Source of the DNA: Lama guanicoe
Taxonomy: Eukaryota
Assembly (NCBI GenBank): GCA_013239625.1
Contig: MU053418.1
Location: 62,001-126,000 of the forward strand
Reading direction: 5' to 3'
DNA length: 64,000 nucleotides
Below are positions 1 through 14,564 of the stretch, one piece after another (the stretch's first letter is position 1; each line of letters opens with the position of its first letter). Below the pieces are notes generated by a model. The model ran no database searches, was not told the DNA's origin, and saw only the letters and a program-made list of their open reading frames with translations. The position numbers and the translations under genes are program-made.

Positions 1-1290
1 TTAACAAAATGGCAATAAGAATATACAATGTAAATAGATTAACCACTCCAACCAAGACATAGACTGGCTGAATTGATACAAAAACGAGACCCATATCTTT
101 TGTGGTTCCTTATAAATTTTGCAATTGTTTGTTCTAGGTATGTGAAGAGTCTTGTATTTTGATGGGGGTTGCACTGGATTTGTGGATTGCTTTGGTTAGT
201 GTGGCCATTTTGATAGTGTTGATTATTCCAATCCAAGAGCACAAGAACTCTTTCCATTTCTTTGTGTCATTTTGATTTTTGGAGTACAGGTACCTTTTTG
301 GTTAAGTTTATTTCTAGGTATTTTGATGTTTTTGATGTAACAGAAATGTTTATGCCAGTTATAAAATTCTGGGTTTTGAAGTGAAAAAAAAAAGTGAATG
401 AAGGGCCACAAATGGCAAAATACCCTTCTTTCTTATGGGTGAGTTGTATTCTATTATATATATGTGTGTATGTATGTGTGTCTATACACACACACACATA
501 CTGTATCTTCATTATCTATTCAACTACTGATGTGCACTTAAGATGCTTCCATATCTTGGCAATTATACATAATGTTGCTGTTAATAGCAGGGTGTATGTA
601 TCTTGTTGAATTAATTCTTATTTTGTGGTTGGCTTCATTCCTTTCATAACTATGTAAGTTTAAATAGCTTGCCAGTCTGAAAAGTCTACAAACTATACGA
701 TTCCAACCAAATGACATTCTGGAAAAGGCACAGCTATAGGAACAATAAAAAGATCGTAGTTTCCAGAGGTTTGGGGAGAGGGAGGGAGGAAGGAATGAAT
801 AGATGGAGTACAAGGGATTTTTAGGGCAATGAAATTATTCTGTATGATACTATAGTGGTGGCTATACATCATTATGCATTTATCAAAACCCATAGAATGT
901 ATAACATCAAGAGTGAACCCTAATGTAAACTATGGATTTTGGTTGATAATAATGTGTCCATGTTGGTTCTTCGATGGTACCAAATATGCCACACTGATGA
1001 GTGATGTTGAGGGTAGGGGAGTATTTATGTGTGGGTGGGGAGGGCTATGAGCGAACTCTTTGTATTTTCTGTTCAATTCTGCTGTGAACCTGAAACTGCT
1101 CTAAAAAAATAAAGCCTATTAATAAATTAAAAAAAAAACAAGACCCATATATATGCTCTCTGTAACAGCTAGAGATACATGCAGGCTGAAAGTAAGGAGA
1201 TGGAAAAGAATATTCTAGGCAAATGGAAACCAAAAGAAAGCTGAGTAGCAATACTTGGACAAAATACATTTTAAAATACTGTTACAAGAA
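1..1290 (+). mobile_element. Old L1 ORF2 (endonuclease) fragment, split by an L1 insertion at 98-1134
   Basis: L1 endonuclease-like sequence at 1-97 resumes at ~1151. TSD aaaac(g/a)agacccatat at ~82-97 and 1135-1150. The insert ends in an L1MB-type 3'UTR with an A tail. Confidence 0.75.
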
Positions 1291-3199
1291 TCCATCAGAG
1301 ATAAAAAAGAGAGTACTTGAAAATGAATTTTTTTCATGTTTGCTTAATTGTGGAAACATATGACAAATATTGCCAAAAGCTACTAGAAAACAAATTGGAT
1401 AGAGAATACAAAATTATATAAATCTCTCATAAAAAATAAAAATCAAAAAATAATGAAGAGTTTATAAAATATGGATGAATCCAGGAGATAAATACCACTC
1501 TAAAAGAAATCCAGAACAGGTCACACAGAATAGAGGTAATAAAAGAAGAAACAACAGAACATCTGCCTGAAGAGAAACATGAATCTTCAGATTTAAAGAA
1601 CATACATTAACACTTTTAAATACAAAGAAATTTCCGGAAAAAAAGTAAAAATGTCTATCTAGCTCAATATGATTACATTTCTGAAATATAATTAACAATC
1701 TTTAAAGCCTATGAAAGTAAATAAGCAGTGACTGGCCACAAAGACATGAGACGCAAACTGACACCTGATTCATCCTCAGCAAAAATCAGTAATAGAAGGA
1801 AATAGAAAAAGAGATGCTTACAATTTCCTGAGGACAATAACTATTTTTTCACCCAGAACTATATACAACCAGTCAAATAGCCATTAATACAACAAAGAAA
1901 ACTAAGTAGATCATAAAACTATAAACCATAAATCCCTGAACACATTTTATAAAATATCAGAATTTAATTTGTCAAAACAGCATGTGACATAAGAAAGAAC
2001 TGAGAATATAAGGGACCAGCATTAACTAGTTTCTGGTAAAGCCAGAGAAGACAGTTACTGGGGTCATAAATGGAAAGGAAGTGGTTCTGTGGTTTACTGA
2101 ACAGGTAGCATAAGACTGCTAACTTCCGAAGGATGTACATGCATGTTAAGCATCCCTCCATCATGCCCATGGACACTGTCACATGCCGAGGACTCAGAGA
2201 CTGTGATGCCCTGAAGTATGAGAAGTGGCATTGCTCCACCAATCAGCTGAAAATCTAAAGCTATAAAGACGAGTTCTCAAGTAGGCAAATGAGATGAAAA
2301 AATCTGCAATAAAAGAAAAAATGACAAGTCTACTGTCATTTATTGCAGTGAACTCAAACTCAGGCAAAATATCTCACCCATTTACAATGTTTCCTTGAAT
2401 AAATCATTCTGTGTGCCTTCTATATATAAAACTTTATTCACTAGCATTTATCAGGTCTAAAATGATGTAAAAGTGAAAGCTAACTCCAAAACTGATGGAA
2501 TTACATGAGCTAATAGCAGGGTGGCACCTGAAGGGCCTCACACATGGCCATTCTTAAATTACAAGAACTACTGCTCTCACAAATTACCTTTACTACTGAG
2601 ACAACAAAATAACCTGCATGCTTATAGGCAAGTCTAAATTATTAGCATATCATTGTTAAGAATGGAAAAAATAGAGAAATTAAGGAACTAGCCCGAGGTT
2701 ACACAACTGGCAAAACGCAACCAGTTAGCATTCAAATTCAGTTCTGCCTGGCATGGAAAGTTTGTTTGTACCACACCTTTTCCTACTGATTCAAGAAAAG
2801 ACAATAATAACTTGAAATACAATCTGCCCTTACTTATTTGCAAATGTATTATCCTTTTCTTAGTGGCTGTGGATTGTAACAGTCATCTGGGAGCCCATTT
2901 AGGGCACCTATCTAATGGCATCAATGCTATCAAGTCAAAAGGAAACTTGGAATAAATACAAAAGAGTGAAAAAATGAAAAAATTATTAATATTCAACATG
3001 TAAGCAAACTAGTAAAATGATTTCTATAAAACATGTGACATAGGGGAAAAGAGTAAACACTTGCAAAAAATCACATCTTGTTTATCCTCTTGCAATATAC
3101 ACAAATATCAAATTATGTTGTATCCCTGAAACTAACATAATACTGTAAATCAACTATACAAAAAAAGTAAAAATAAAAAATAATTTTTAATCATAGGGG

Positions 3200-6100
3200 G
3201 AAAAAAAAACCCTCAGTCCAGGCTGAAAAGCAGTGGTTTTCTGCACTGCTCAAAAATAAGAAAAATCCATACTTACCTGCACAGTAGAGACATAACAGAT
3301 CACCTAAAGCCTGGGGATAAGTTGGGGAGAGAGTATCTTCTTTGGGAAAATAAGATAATCAAAACCACTTGCATACACCAGGGAATTTAGAAAGCCATAC
3401 ACATACACAGGACAGAATACATGCTGGGAAAAGAGCTCAGAAGACCTTAAGCTTTCACCTCAGCTGATCTCTACAGCACTGCAAGCAGGATGTGAAAGCT
3501 AGGACAGTTGAATATGGACATGCTAAGTACTAAATAACCCCAGCACAGAGCCCGTTTGCAAAGACTGTGAAAGATGGAGGTTTGGGAGGTTTATTCAGCT
3601 TTAGTTTTATCCCAGCCTTCAAGGGGAAGTCTGTCAAAACACTAACTGAACACAAGCTAAAGGAACAGAGAATTCAATGGCCCCACATGACAAGAAATAT
3701 AGACTTTGGGGAAAAAAAGGCTGTTTGGAAAAGTCATATGGGTAACTGAAGCCTTCAACAGTCAAGAACAGCAAAATGGAGAAAAGCAAGAAAGCAATTT
3801 CTAAAACTATATTATACAACATACAATAACATTATAATATGCAATGTCGAGATTCAACAACAATAACAACAAAATTCAAGTCACACAAAGAAATAGGATA
3901 GTATGTCCCAATCAATGGAAAAATATGATTAACAGAAATGTCCCTGAGGAAGACCAAACACTGAACTTTCTAAACAAAGACTTTAAATCAATATACTCAA
4001 AAAGCAAAAAGAAACTATAAAACAAAGAAATAAATGCAACCAGGAAAACAATTTATAAATGAAAAAAGAATATCAATAAAGAGATAGAAATTACAACAAA
4101 GAACCAAACAGAAATTTTGTAACTGAAAAGTACCATAACTGAAATGAAAAATTCACTAAAGGAGTTTAACAAGATTTCAGAATGCATAAAACAATCATCT
4201 GACTTTAAGATAGGAAAACTGAAATTATCAAGTCTGAGGAGCAGAGCAAAAGGAAAAGAAATAAGCATGACCTAAATAACCTAGGCGGCACCATCAAGCA
4301 GACCAACATAAACATTATGGAGTTGCAGAAGAATGAGAGAGGAAAGAGAATAACTGCACAAATAATGGCCCCAAATTCCCCAAATTTCAAGGAAAACATG
4401 AACCTACACATCCAAAACACTCAAAGAATGCCAAGTAGGATAAACTCAAAATACATTCACCAAGAAACATTATAAACAAACTCATAAAGAAAAAGAATCT
4501 TTAAAGCAGTAAGAGAAAAGCAACTCATCAAATACAAGGGATCCTAAGTAAGATTAGCAGCAGATTTCTCAGCAGAAACCTTGGAAGCCAGCTGGCATTG
4601 GGTTGATATATTCAAAGTGCTGAAGGCAAAAAAAAAAAAACAAAAAAACAGAACCTGTCAACTGAAAATTCAATATCCACGGAAAATGTCCTTCAAAAAT
4701 GAGGGTATTTCCAGATAAACATAACCCAAAGGAGTTCATTACCACCAGCCCTACCCTGCAAGAAATGCTGAAGGGAGATCCCCAGGTTGAGAAGAAAGGA
4801 TATGAGACAGTTAACTGACTCAAAGCCATAAAATAAAGTTTTCCAGTAAAGATAACTATGTAAGTAAATATAGAAGCCAATACTATTGTATTTAGGGTTG
4901 CAAACTCCACTTTTTTTCCCTACATGATTTAAAAGACAAATCCTTAAGAAATAAGTGTATGTTACCAGACACAAAATTTATAAAGGTGCAATCTGGGAAA
5001 GCAACAACATGGTGGGAGTAGAGACCAGTACAGGAGCAGAATTTTTGCATGCTCTTGATGCCACATTGCTATCAATTTAAACTAAACTGTTATAAATTTT
5101 ATATGTTAATAACAATCCCCATGGGAGCCACTAAGAAAATCTTTAAATTACATACACAAGAGGGAATGACAAGGAAAGTATGTCAGTACACTACGAACAA
5201 ATTAAGTCAAAACAATGGAAAGCAGTAAATAACAAAATTAGGAATAAAAATGGAATAAGACAAAAAAATGAACACAGTTGCATATGTCTTCCCCTATGAA
5301 CAATTATTTCAAACACAGATGGATTAAATTCACCAATTAAAAGGCAAAGATTGGCAGACTAAAACAACATGATCCAACTATATGCTGTCTACAAGAGAAT
5401 CAGTCTAAATCCAAAGGCATAGTAAGTTCAAAGCAAAAGGATGAAAAAAGATATCCATACAAATAGTAACCAAAAGAGTGCTGGATCACTATTTTAATAT
5501 CAGAAAAAATACACTTTAAGTCACAAATTGACAGACTAGAAGGGAGAAGGAAATGGTTCCATGACAACAGGTTGAGATTTCACTACACCACTTTAATCAA
5601 TAGAATGTCTAGATAAAAGATCAGTAAGAAAACAGAGTACTTGAACAACATTATAAAACAGACATAAGAAAAGTATGTAGAATATCCCATCAACCATTAG
5701 CAGAATGTGTGTTCTTCCCAAGGGCAAAAGAAGCACTGTACAGGATAGACCATAGGTTTGACCACAAAACAAGTATCAATACAGTTAAAAAGACTGAAAT
5801 CATCATAAGCACTTTGCCCATAACAGAATAAAGCTAAAAATCTGTAACAAAGTGAAAACTGTAAAATTTTAAAGTATGTGGATATTAAACAATGCACTCT
5901 TAATCAATGGGTCAAAGAAGAAATCACAGGAAAAATTAGACAACACTTAGAAACAAAAGAAAACACAAAATATCACAACTTATGGGGTACAAAGACATAC
6001 ATAAAGGGAGATTTATAGTAGTAAATGCCTTAATAGTAAATATTAAGAAAGAAGAATGATTTCAAATCAATAGCATTACTCTACATCCTCAGAAATTAGA

Positions 6101-8705
6101 AAAAGAGGAGCAAATGAAACCCACAACCAATAAAATGAAGGAAATAATAAATATTAGAGCAAAAACAAATGAAGAGAGAAAAAAAGCAAATCCCAAAGTT
6201 AATTCTTTGAATAAAACAACATTAATAAGCCTTTAGCTATGCTGACTAGGAAAAAGAAAGAAAACACAATGAACTAAATCAGAAATGAAAGTGGGGACAT
6301 TACAAGAAATCATTTTAAGAGAATACTATGAACAACTGTACACCAAATAAATTAGATAACTAGATGAAATAGGCAAATTCCTAGAAAAACACAAATTACC
6401 AAAACTGGCTTAAGAAGAAATACAAAATCTCAACAGACATGTAACAAGTAAACAGAATCAGTAATGAAAACAGCACAAAAAGATAAGTCAAGAACTAGAT
6501 GGCTTCCCTGGTGAATTCTCACGAATGAGTAAAGAATTACCAATCTTTCTCAAATTCTTCCAAAAAACAGAAAAACTTAGGAATACTTCCTAACTCACTC
6601 TATGAGGTCAGCATTATCTTGATACCAAACTCAGATAAAAACTTCATAAGCAAAGAAAATCATAGACCAATATTCCTTAAGAATACAGATGTAAAAATCC
6701 TCAACAGAATACTAGCAAACCAAATTCAGCAGCATATTAAAAGAATTATATGCCACGATGAAGCGGGATTTATCCCAGGAATAGAATGATGGTTGAGATA
6801 ATAAAACCAATCACTCTAAATTACCACCCCAGTAAAACAAATGAAAAAATACCACATGATCATCTCAATTGATTCAGGGGAAAAAAATTCAACATCATTT
6901 GATGATAAAAACATCAAGAAAATAAAGAAAAGAGGCAAACTTCCTTAACATGATGAAGGGCATGTATGAAAAGCCTACAGAAAACATACTTGTGAAATAC
7001 TGAAAGCTTTCTCATGATGAGGAACAGAAGAAGGATGCCCACTCGCACCACTCCTGTTCAATACTGTACTAAAAGTTCTAGCTGGAGCAATTAAGAAAAA
7101 TAAAAGACACTCATATTAGAAAGGCAGAAGTAAAACTATCTCTATTTGCATACATTATCCTATATAGAGAAAAATCACACAAAAAAAGACCCCACTAAAT
7201 AAGCTACAAGAGCTAACACATGAATTTCACCATAGTTGCAGAGTACAAAATCAACACACAACAATCAGGGTTTTGTTTTGTTTTGTTTTTCCCTATGCCA
7301 GCAATGAACAACACAAAAAGCAAATTTTAAAAATTCTATTTACAATACCATCCAGTAGAGTAAAATAACTAGTAATAAATTTAAACCAAGGATATGCAAA
7401 ACTATAAAAAACTGCTAAAAGAAATTAAAGACCTAAATAAATGGAATGATATTCCATTTTCATGGATTAGAAGACTTTATATTGTTAAAGTGGTAATACT
7501 ACCAAGAATGATCTGAAGATTCAATGCAATCCCTATTAAAATTCCAACAGCCTTTTCTACAAAAATGGAAAAGCTGACACTCAAAATTATGGAATTGCAA
7601 GTAATCCTAAATAGTCCAAACAATCTTAAACAAACAAAAAGAACAAACCAGGAGGAGTTTGGCTTCAAAAAGTACTACAAAGCTACAGTACTCAAAACAG
7701 TGTGGTACTTGCATAAGTATAAACATGAAGACTAATGGAACAATACAGAGTACAGAAATAAATGCATGCACTATGGACAACTGATTTTCAACAATGGGCC
7801 AAGACCATTCAATGGGGAAAGAATAGTCTGGTCCTGGAACAACTGGATAACACAGGGAAAGAATGATGTTGGACAACTAACTCAACACCATATTCAAAAA
7901 TTAACTCAAAATGAATCTAAATATATGAGTTAAAGCCATAAAATTCTTAGAAGAAAACTAAGATTTGGCAATGTATTCTTAAGTATGACACCAAAAGTAT
8001 AAACAAAAAAAGTAAAAACAGGTAGATTGGACTTCATCTAAATTTAAAACTTGTGTGCATCAAAGGATCTTATCAAGAAAGAAAAAAACAATTTCCAGAA
8101 TTGGTGAAAATATTTCCAAATCATGTATCTAACATAGGTCTGATATCCAGAATATACACTGAACTCTTACAACTCAACAAAAAGGACCAATTAAAATATG
8201 TGCAAAGCACTTGAATGGACATTACTCCAAAGTTGTTTATTTCTTAAATGTTCAAATATAGAAAGACGCTCAACCTCACTAGTCATTAGGGAAACACAAA
8301 TCAAAATGACAATAAGGTACCACTTCAGCCATGCTACTATGACTACAATTAAAAAATGGAAAACAGGTTTTGGCCAGAATTAGAGAATCTGGAACCAGCA
8401 TACATTTCTGGTGGAAATGAAAAAATGGTTTAAGATGCTACAGAAAACAGTTTGACTGTTCCTCAAATAGTTAAACATCAAACTGTCATATTTGACATAA
8501 TATGTGAAATTCCACATTCATGTGTATTTGTGTGTATACACACTCAACAACTACATACACACACACATTCATAGCAGCACTATTCAAAATAGCCAAAGGG
8601 TAGAAAAAGTCCAAATGTCCACCAATGGATGAATTCATCAATGAATGGATAAACAAATGTAGTATTTACATACAATGGAATATTAATCAGCTATAAAAAG
8701 GAATG
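3200..8705 (+). mobile_element. Near full-length decayed LINE-1 (5'UTR part, ORF1 ~3910-4800, ORF2 ~5290-8690)
   Basis: Colinear L1 ORF1/ORF2 motifs (gatggcttccctggtgaattc, actatctctatttgcatac, C-terminal TSLVIRETQIKMTIRYH), with many stops and indels. Confidence 0.9.
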
Positions 8706-8706
8706 T

Positions 8707-10560
8707 GAGAGAATTCTGGGAAGATGGTAGGGTAGGAGCACCAGATATACCCACAGACACAACAACTGCACTGGCAGAATCTGTCCAAATGTAGGATTTT
8801 GGAACTCTGGGGTCCGTTGAAGGCTTATAACTTCCAGGAGAAGGCTTGGATGATATTTCTGGCTAATTTCAATGAATTTCACCCCACAGCAGAGTAGCAG
8901 CTCCTTACAGGAGCTAGAGTCAATAAAAAGAACAAAGTCCTCTAAATGCTGGGGATCTGTGCTCTGACGGCTCATTGATACTTCTAATCACAGACGTGCA
9001 AAGAAGCAGAAAGCCATTGATGCACTTCCTCACTTTGTCGCAAGCTCCTTCATTTTTTGGTTTCCCCCCCCTTTTTTTTTGCCTTTTCCCCTTTCAGAAC
9101 CAGATTAACAATTAGCAAATTAAAAAAACAATCGCAAATATTGGGAAAATTAAAAAGTGACTGTGCTTACCCAAGGAAGGGTCCAGAAAAGACAAGAAGA
9201 TATTACATTTACACACCAGGCTGATTCTTGGCACAGAGAGCCTATGTCAATCCAAAAAATTAACACAAATAGAACAGCAAACCCGGCAAAGGGGGAAAAT
9301 CTTTTTTCTAGAGTTACCACATTATTACCTGTGTTTACCAGTGTACAACCAAAAAATCACAAAGGATATAAAGAAACAGAGAAGTATAGCCCATGCAAAA
9401 GAAAAAAATCAAAAGAATCCATCACTACAGAAGACTGAATGACAGATATATCAAAGACTTTAACACAACTGTTTTACTGATGCTCAAAGAACTTAAGAAA
9501 GATGTGGAGAAAATCAAGAATGGTATGTGAACAAAACGGAAATCAGTGAGATAGAAAATCTAAAAAGAAACCAGAAAGAAATTATGCAGCTTCAAAGTAC
9601 ATTAACTAAGATGAAAAATTCACATGGATACTCAAAGGCTGATTTGAGCTGATGGAAAAAAGAATCAGTGAACTTGACGATAGGACAATGGAAATTACCA
9701 AGGCTGAGGAACAAAGTACAAAGATCGAAGAAAAGTGGACAGAGCCTAAGGGACCTAAGAAACACCATCAATCACAGCAAAACATGCATCATGGGAGTCC
9801 CAGAGCAAGAGAGAGAGAAAGGGACACAGAAAACATTCAGAGAAAGTCACAGAAATGTTCAAAGAATACTCAAAGAAATAATTGTTGAATTAAAGTTCCC
9901 AAATTTAATGGAAGACATGAATATAAACATCCAAGAAGTTTGACAAACTCCAAGTTTTAAGATAAAATCAAAGAGACTCATATCAAGACACCTTACAATC
10001 AAACTTTCAAAAGACAGAGTGAATCTTGAAAGCAGCAAGAGGGAAGTGACTCATCACATACAAGGGATCCTCAATTAAGATTATCTTCAGACCTCTCATC
10101 AGAAACTTTGGTGGTCAGAAGGCAGTGGGTCAATAGACTCAAAGAGCTAAATGAAAAAAACCTGTCAACCATGAATATTAATTATACCTGGCAAAACTGC
10201 TCTTCAACAAGTCAAGAAGAAACCAAGACATTCCCAGATAAAAGAAAGTTGAGGGAGTTAATAACCACTAGACCTGCCCTGCAAGAAATGCTCAAAGAAG
10301 TCCTTCAAGGTAAAAAGGATGCCAAACATTAACTTGAAAGCGTATGAATAATGATCCAATAAAAGGAAATACATAGGCAATTATAGAACTAGTGTTACTA
10401 TGACAATTATTTATAACTGTACTTTCTATTTTCTACATGGTTTAAGAGAGTTGTTTTTTTTAATTTAGAATAATTTTGTGACATCAAGAAGTGGGGACAA
10501 AGTTGTAAAGGAGCAGTTTTCTGCAGGATATTGAAGTCAGGCTGCTATAAATTCAAATGT
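8707..10560 (+). mobile_element. LINE-1 5'UTR + ORF1 fragment
   Basis: Starts with gaattctgggaagatgg. ORF1 remnants MEKRISELDDRTMEITK and KTFPDKRKLRELITTRPALQEMLKEVL. Confidence 0.85.
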
Positions 10561-10796
10561 GAAACCACAGCAAAATGAAATCAGGTTAAATTCTCAATAT
10601 AAAGGGCAGAGCATTTCATAATAGGGGTAAAATGTCTAGTTACATGTTCTTTATCAAAAACATACTCATAAAGAACATGGAAAACCTTATGAAGGTGCAA
10701 TACCCTCATGGTGCAAACCCCTCAAGTACATCAAAGAAAGGAACAGCTGACTGGTGAGTGAGAACATATCCTTTTACAAGTCAAGGTGTTTTCAGT

Positions 10797-10926
10797 TACA
10801 GTCGCCCATGTCTGAGGATGCAGAACCCGTGGATACAGAGAACCACCTAAGGAGCATCAATCACTTTTGGTATCCTTGGAGGGGATCCTGGAGCCAGTCC
10901 CCTGCAGATACCAAGGGGTGACTATA
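10797..10926 (-). mobile_element. Short MER2-like Tc1/mariner (Tigger family) MITE
   Basis: ta-cagtcgccc ... ggggtgacta-ta inverted ends. The interior resembles the reverse complement of the MER2 copy at 30677. Confidence 0.65.
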
Positions 10927-10929
10927 CTT

Positions 10930-11400
10930 GATTTCAATTAAATTAAAAGAGAACCTAATCAGAGTTATCAGTTGATAGATCATTTAAAGTATTTTTTCTT
11001 TGATAGATCTTTGGTGGCTTGTAATTCAGGAGCAATTCAAAAAATTGAGAGGCATTACTATAACAAAACTCCATTCACTCACATCTACTGATTTATGCAA
11101 ACAAGCTTTCTCATTGCTTACATCCATGGAGTTGAACTTGGAGTAGAATTAATGCTAAACTGTTTTTCATCGTAGTAATTCTCATCCATAATAAAACACA
11201 CTAGTTTCTAAAAAAATCCATCAAACTTCATCTCTGTAAGATGTATTTCCAATAAAACTTTACTTTTGTGTTTAACACGTATTCATAAATATCTGAAATA
11301 TATGTTTTAATTATTTGGAATAATAAAACAGTTTTATCATGACAGGAAAATTTTTAAACAACCCTTAAATCTTAGTTTTTTCATATTTTTTTTTTTACTA
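10930..11400 (+). mobile_element. hAT-Charlie type DNA transposon remnant (3' part)
   Basis: Resembles a Charlie transposase C-terminal region (acatctactgatttatgcaaacaagctttctc) and its subterminal sequence. Confidence 0.5.
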
Positions 11401-12019
11401 CAGGGAAGTGTGATAAGGTGATCAATAAAACAGCTGCAATTTTTAAAGAAAAAGAATATGAAGCAGAATTCTGTGTGCACCTCAGTTATAAGACTTTTAC
11501 AATATTCTATCAGTGTCCTCACCTCCGACTCCCACCCCACTGAGAATGGCTCCCTTGTAAGGGCCCACAGTTCATTTTTCTTAGAACCTACAGTATATAG
11601 CAAAGGGCATGTAGTAGATTCTCATAAGTAGTTGATGAATGAATAACTGAATTAAATTTAAAAAAAATTAACTACAAGGACAGACATTTTGTGATAAAAT
11701 TAGTTGAAGAGGTGAGTTTTTACACTTTATAAGTACGTAATATTTCCGAGAAGCCTGGAGAATTTAAAGATGGAAAATAATTCTAACTCCTATGTGAAAA
11801 ATAATCCACCATATCCTGAGCCGCTGGAGATCCTCTGAATTCAATAACTACTTCTTGGTGATGTCTCTATTTTTGCTTGCTTTGCAACTTTGTAATACCC
11901 TAATATTGTACCCAAGTCTTCTAGTTATTTTGAGAATTTCTCCATGTACATCTATGTTGTAGGACTTTATAAATAAGTAAGACTAGGTTTAACTTAATGG
12001 GCAAAGTATTCACTTGACA

Positions 12020-14130
12020 GAGGAAGATGAAGATAGTACAGTACAATGCAGAACTCACCTCCCCTCACAAACATATCAAAGCTACATCCATATGTGGAAC
12101 AATTCTCACTTAAAACTAACTGGAGACTGGCAGGAGACTCCTGTACAACCAAGGCTATACAGAAGATTCACACAGAATATAGTTGTAAGGGAAGAGAAGT
12201 GATCAGGTTGAGACCTGTGCCCCTGAGAGAGGACACAGAAGAAAAGGGAGAATATACAGGTGGAGATGCTCCTCGGGGAGTGAGTGGTCAAGTCATATAC
12301 TTGGCACCCTAGCATGGGGTCTGATACAGGGAAGGCGAGCCCCTTGGCCAGTTGGAGGGCCAGTAAGGTTAACAGCAGGGCTATGGGAAGCCTGGACTTC
12401 GCCAGTGTGGAGCATGCACATGCCTGCTTGCTCCTGAAGCAAAGCAAAACATGCAGACTGAAAACTGCACATGTGGCTGCCTGGTTTCCTGTGACTGCTG
12501 CGACAGGTCCTCAAGCCTAAGCCCAGCTAACGTTGGAGCTTTGTGATGCAGCTCCACACTGAGATGAGGTCCCCGCTGTGTGTAACCCAGTCTAGCGCCT
12601 GAGAAGAGCAGGGGCGGCCATTACTGGTGCTTACATAGCACCTCTGATCTCCAGCTGAGGCCAAACGAACACAGCTGGCACCCAGACCCATGCTGGGGGC
12701 CCACACAGGCCCTATGTGCCCTGTGGTGCAGTTCCACACCAAGGCAAGGGTGGCAGAGGCCAAGGGAGAGCCAAATTGTGAGGGAAAAAGGAGGCTCAGA
12801 CCCAAAGCAGCATCTGAGCAAGGTGGCGGCATGCATTCCAGCTGCTTACCCAGGCTTATAACAGAAACAGCCCAGATGTCTGCCCTGGCAGGACCACTGT
12901 GGCCTGTGCCCCAGTTCAAGCCAAATGCCCAACCTTGCTCCAGTGCTGCTCCCCTCTGGAGCAAAGTTACCAGTGCTGGAACCGGGGAGAGCGCATACTT
13001 GGAGCCAGCTTGGACCTGACCTTCAGGGTTCCTAGTCCAGCAATATGTGACTCACACTCACTCCTAAGAGGGTGGAGACAGCCACTGAGCAAAGTGGAAG
13101 CCCGAGCTCAAACCTGGATCCAGCTATAGTCTCTCTGTCTCCAGTAACACCTACTACCAAGGTGACAGCTGCCAGCACACCCTAAGGAAAGGCATAACTT
13201 GTGTTCAAGTCAGATCCAGCTATCCCATCAAATCCACTGGGTACACGCTGACTGTATGGGGATGCTTCCACATAAGAAAGCCTCTTCAAGACAGCAACAC
13301 ATAACTGTTTCACTTATCTCCTAGAGAGAGAAAATTAAGCAAAATTAGAAGACAGAAGAATCTGTCTCAAATGAAAGAGCAAGAGAAAACCCCTAAAAAA
13401 GTAACTATGGGCAGAAGACCTGAATAGACATGTTTCCAAAGAAGACATATGTATGGCCAACACGTGTGTGAAAAGATGCTCATCACTGTTAATCATCAGA
13501 GAAATGAGACATCACCTCACTCCTATCAGAATGGCTATTATCAAAGAGAATAAATATCAAATGTTGGAGAGCATGTGGAGAAAAGAGAATCCTCGGACAC
13601 TGTTGGCAGGAATGTAAACTGGTGCAGCCACTGTGGAAAACAGTATGGAAGTTTCTCAAAAAATTTGAAAGTATAACCTAGCAATTCCACTCCTGTGTAT
13701 ATATCCAAAAAAAAAAATTAAAACACTAATTCAAAAAGACACATGCACTCAATGTTCACAGCAGCATTATTTACAATAGCCAAGATATGGAAGCAACCTA
13801 AGTGTCCATTAACAGATAAACTGATAAAGAAGATGTGGTATATATACACACAATGGAATACTACTCAGCCATAAAAAAGAATGCAATCTTGCCATTTATA
13901 ATAATATGGATGGTCTTGGTGGGTATTATGCTAAGTGAAATAAGTCAGACAGAGAAAGACAAATACTGTATCATATCACTTATTTGTAGAATATAAAAAA
14001 ACTAGTGAATATAACGAAAAAGAAATAAACTCACAGATATAGAGAACAAATCAGCAGTTACTAGTAGAACAAGGAAGTTGGAGGGGCATGATAGAGGTAG
14101 AGAATATTAAGAGGTATAAACTACTATGAA
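12020..14130 (+). mobile_element. LINE-1 with GC-rich 5'UTR joined at ~13407 directly to an ORF2 C-terminus/3'UTR
   Basis: 5'UTR start is similar to the one at 15160. The ORF1 start region is followed abruptly by atgggcagaagacctgaatagac (ORF2 3' end). Confidence 0.8.
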
Positions 14131-14169
14131 TAAGATATATATAGAATACATATAGGATATAAAATATAT

Positions 14170-14531
14170 ATAGAGAAAATATTACTCAGCATTAAAAGAA
14201 GGAATTTCTGCTACTTATGACAATATGGATGGACCCTGAAGGCATTGTGATAAGTGTGATTGATGTCAGACACAAGATACTGTATGATCTCACTTATATG
14301 TAGAATCTAAACAAAAATATAACAATAAAAAAGCCACCAAACTCAAAGGCAAAGAGATCAGATTAGTGGTTATCAGTGGCTGGGAGTGGAGGACTAAGGG
14401 GTGGAGAGAGGAAACTGGGTGAAGGTGGTCAAAAGTTACAAACTTCTCTTCTCTAGGTCCTTCATCATTCTAACTGAAGCCAGAAAGAGAAACAAAAATA
14501 CCACATGATATCACTCATATGTGGAATCTAA

Positions 14532-14564
<33 letters not shown>

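Noticed and set aside
2094..2210. Minus-strand acceptor (ttctcatacttcag|GGCATC) followed by 38 open codons, as a possible KRAB or terminal exon
   Set aside because: No KRAB motif (DV, EEW, MLENY), and no clear donor or nearby poly(A) signal.
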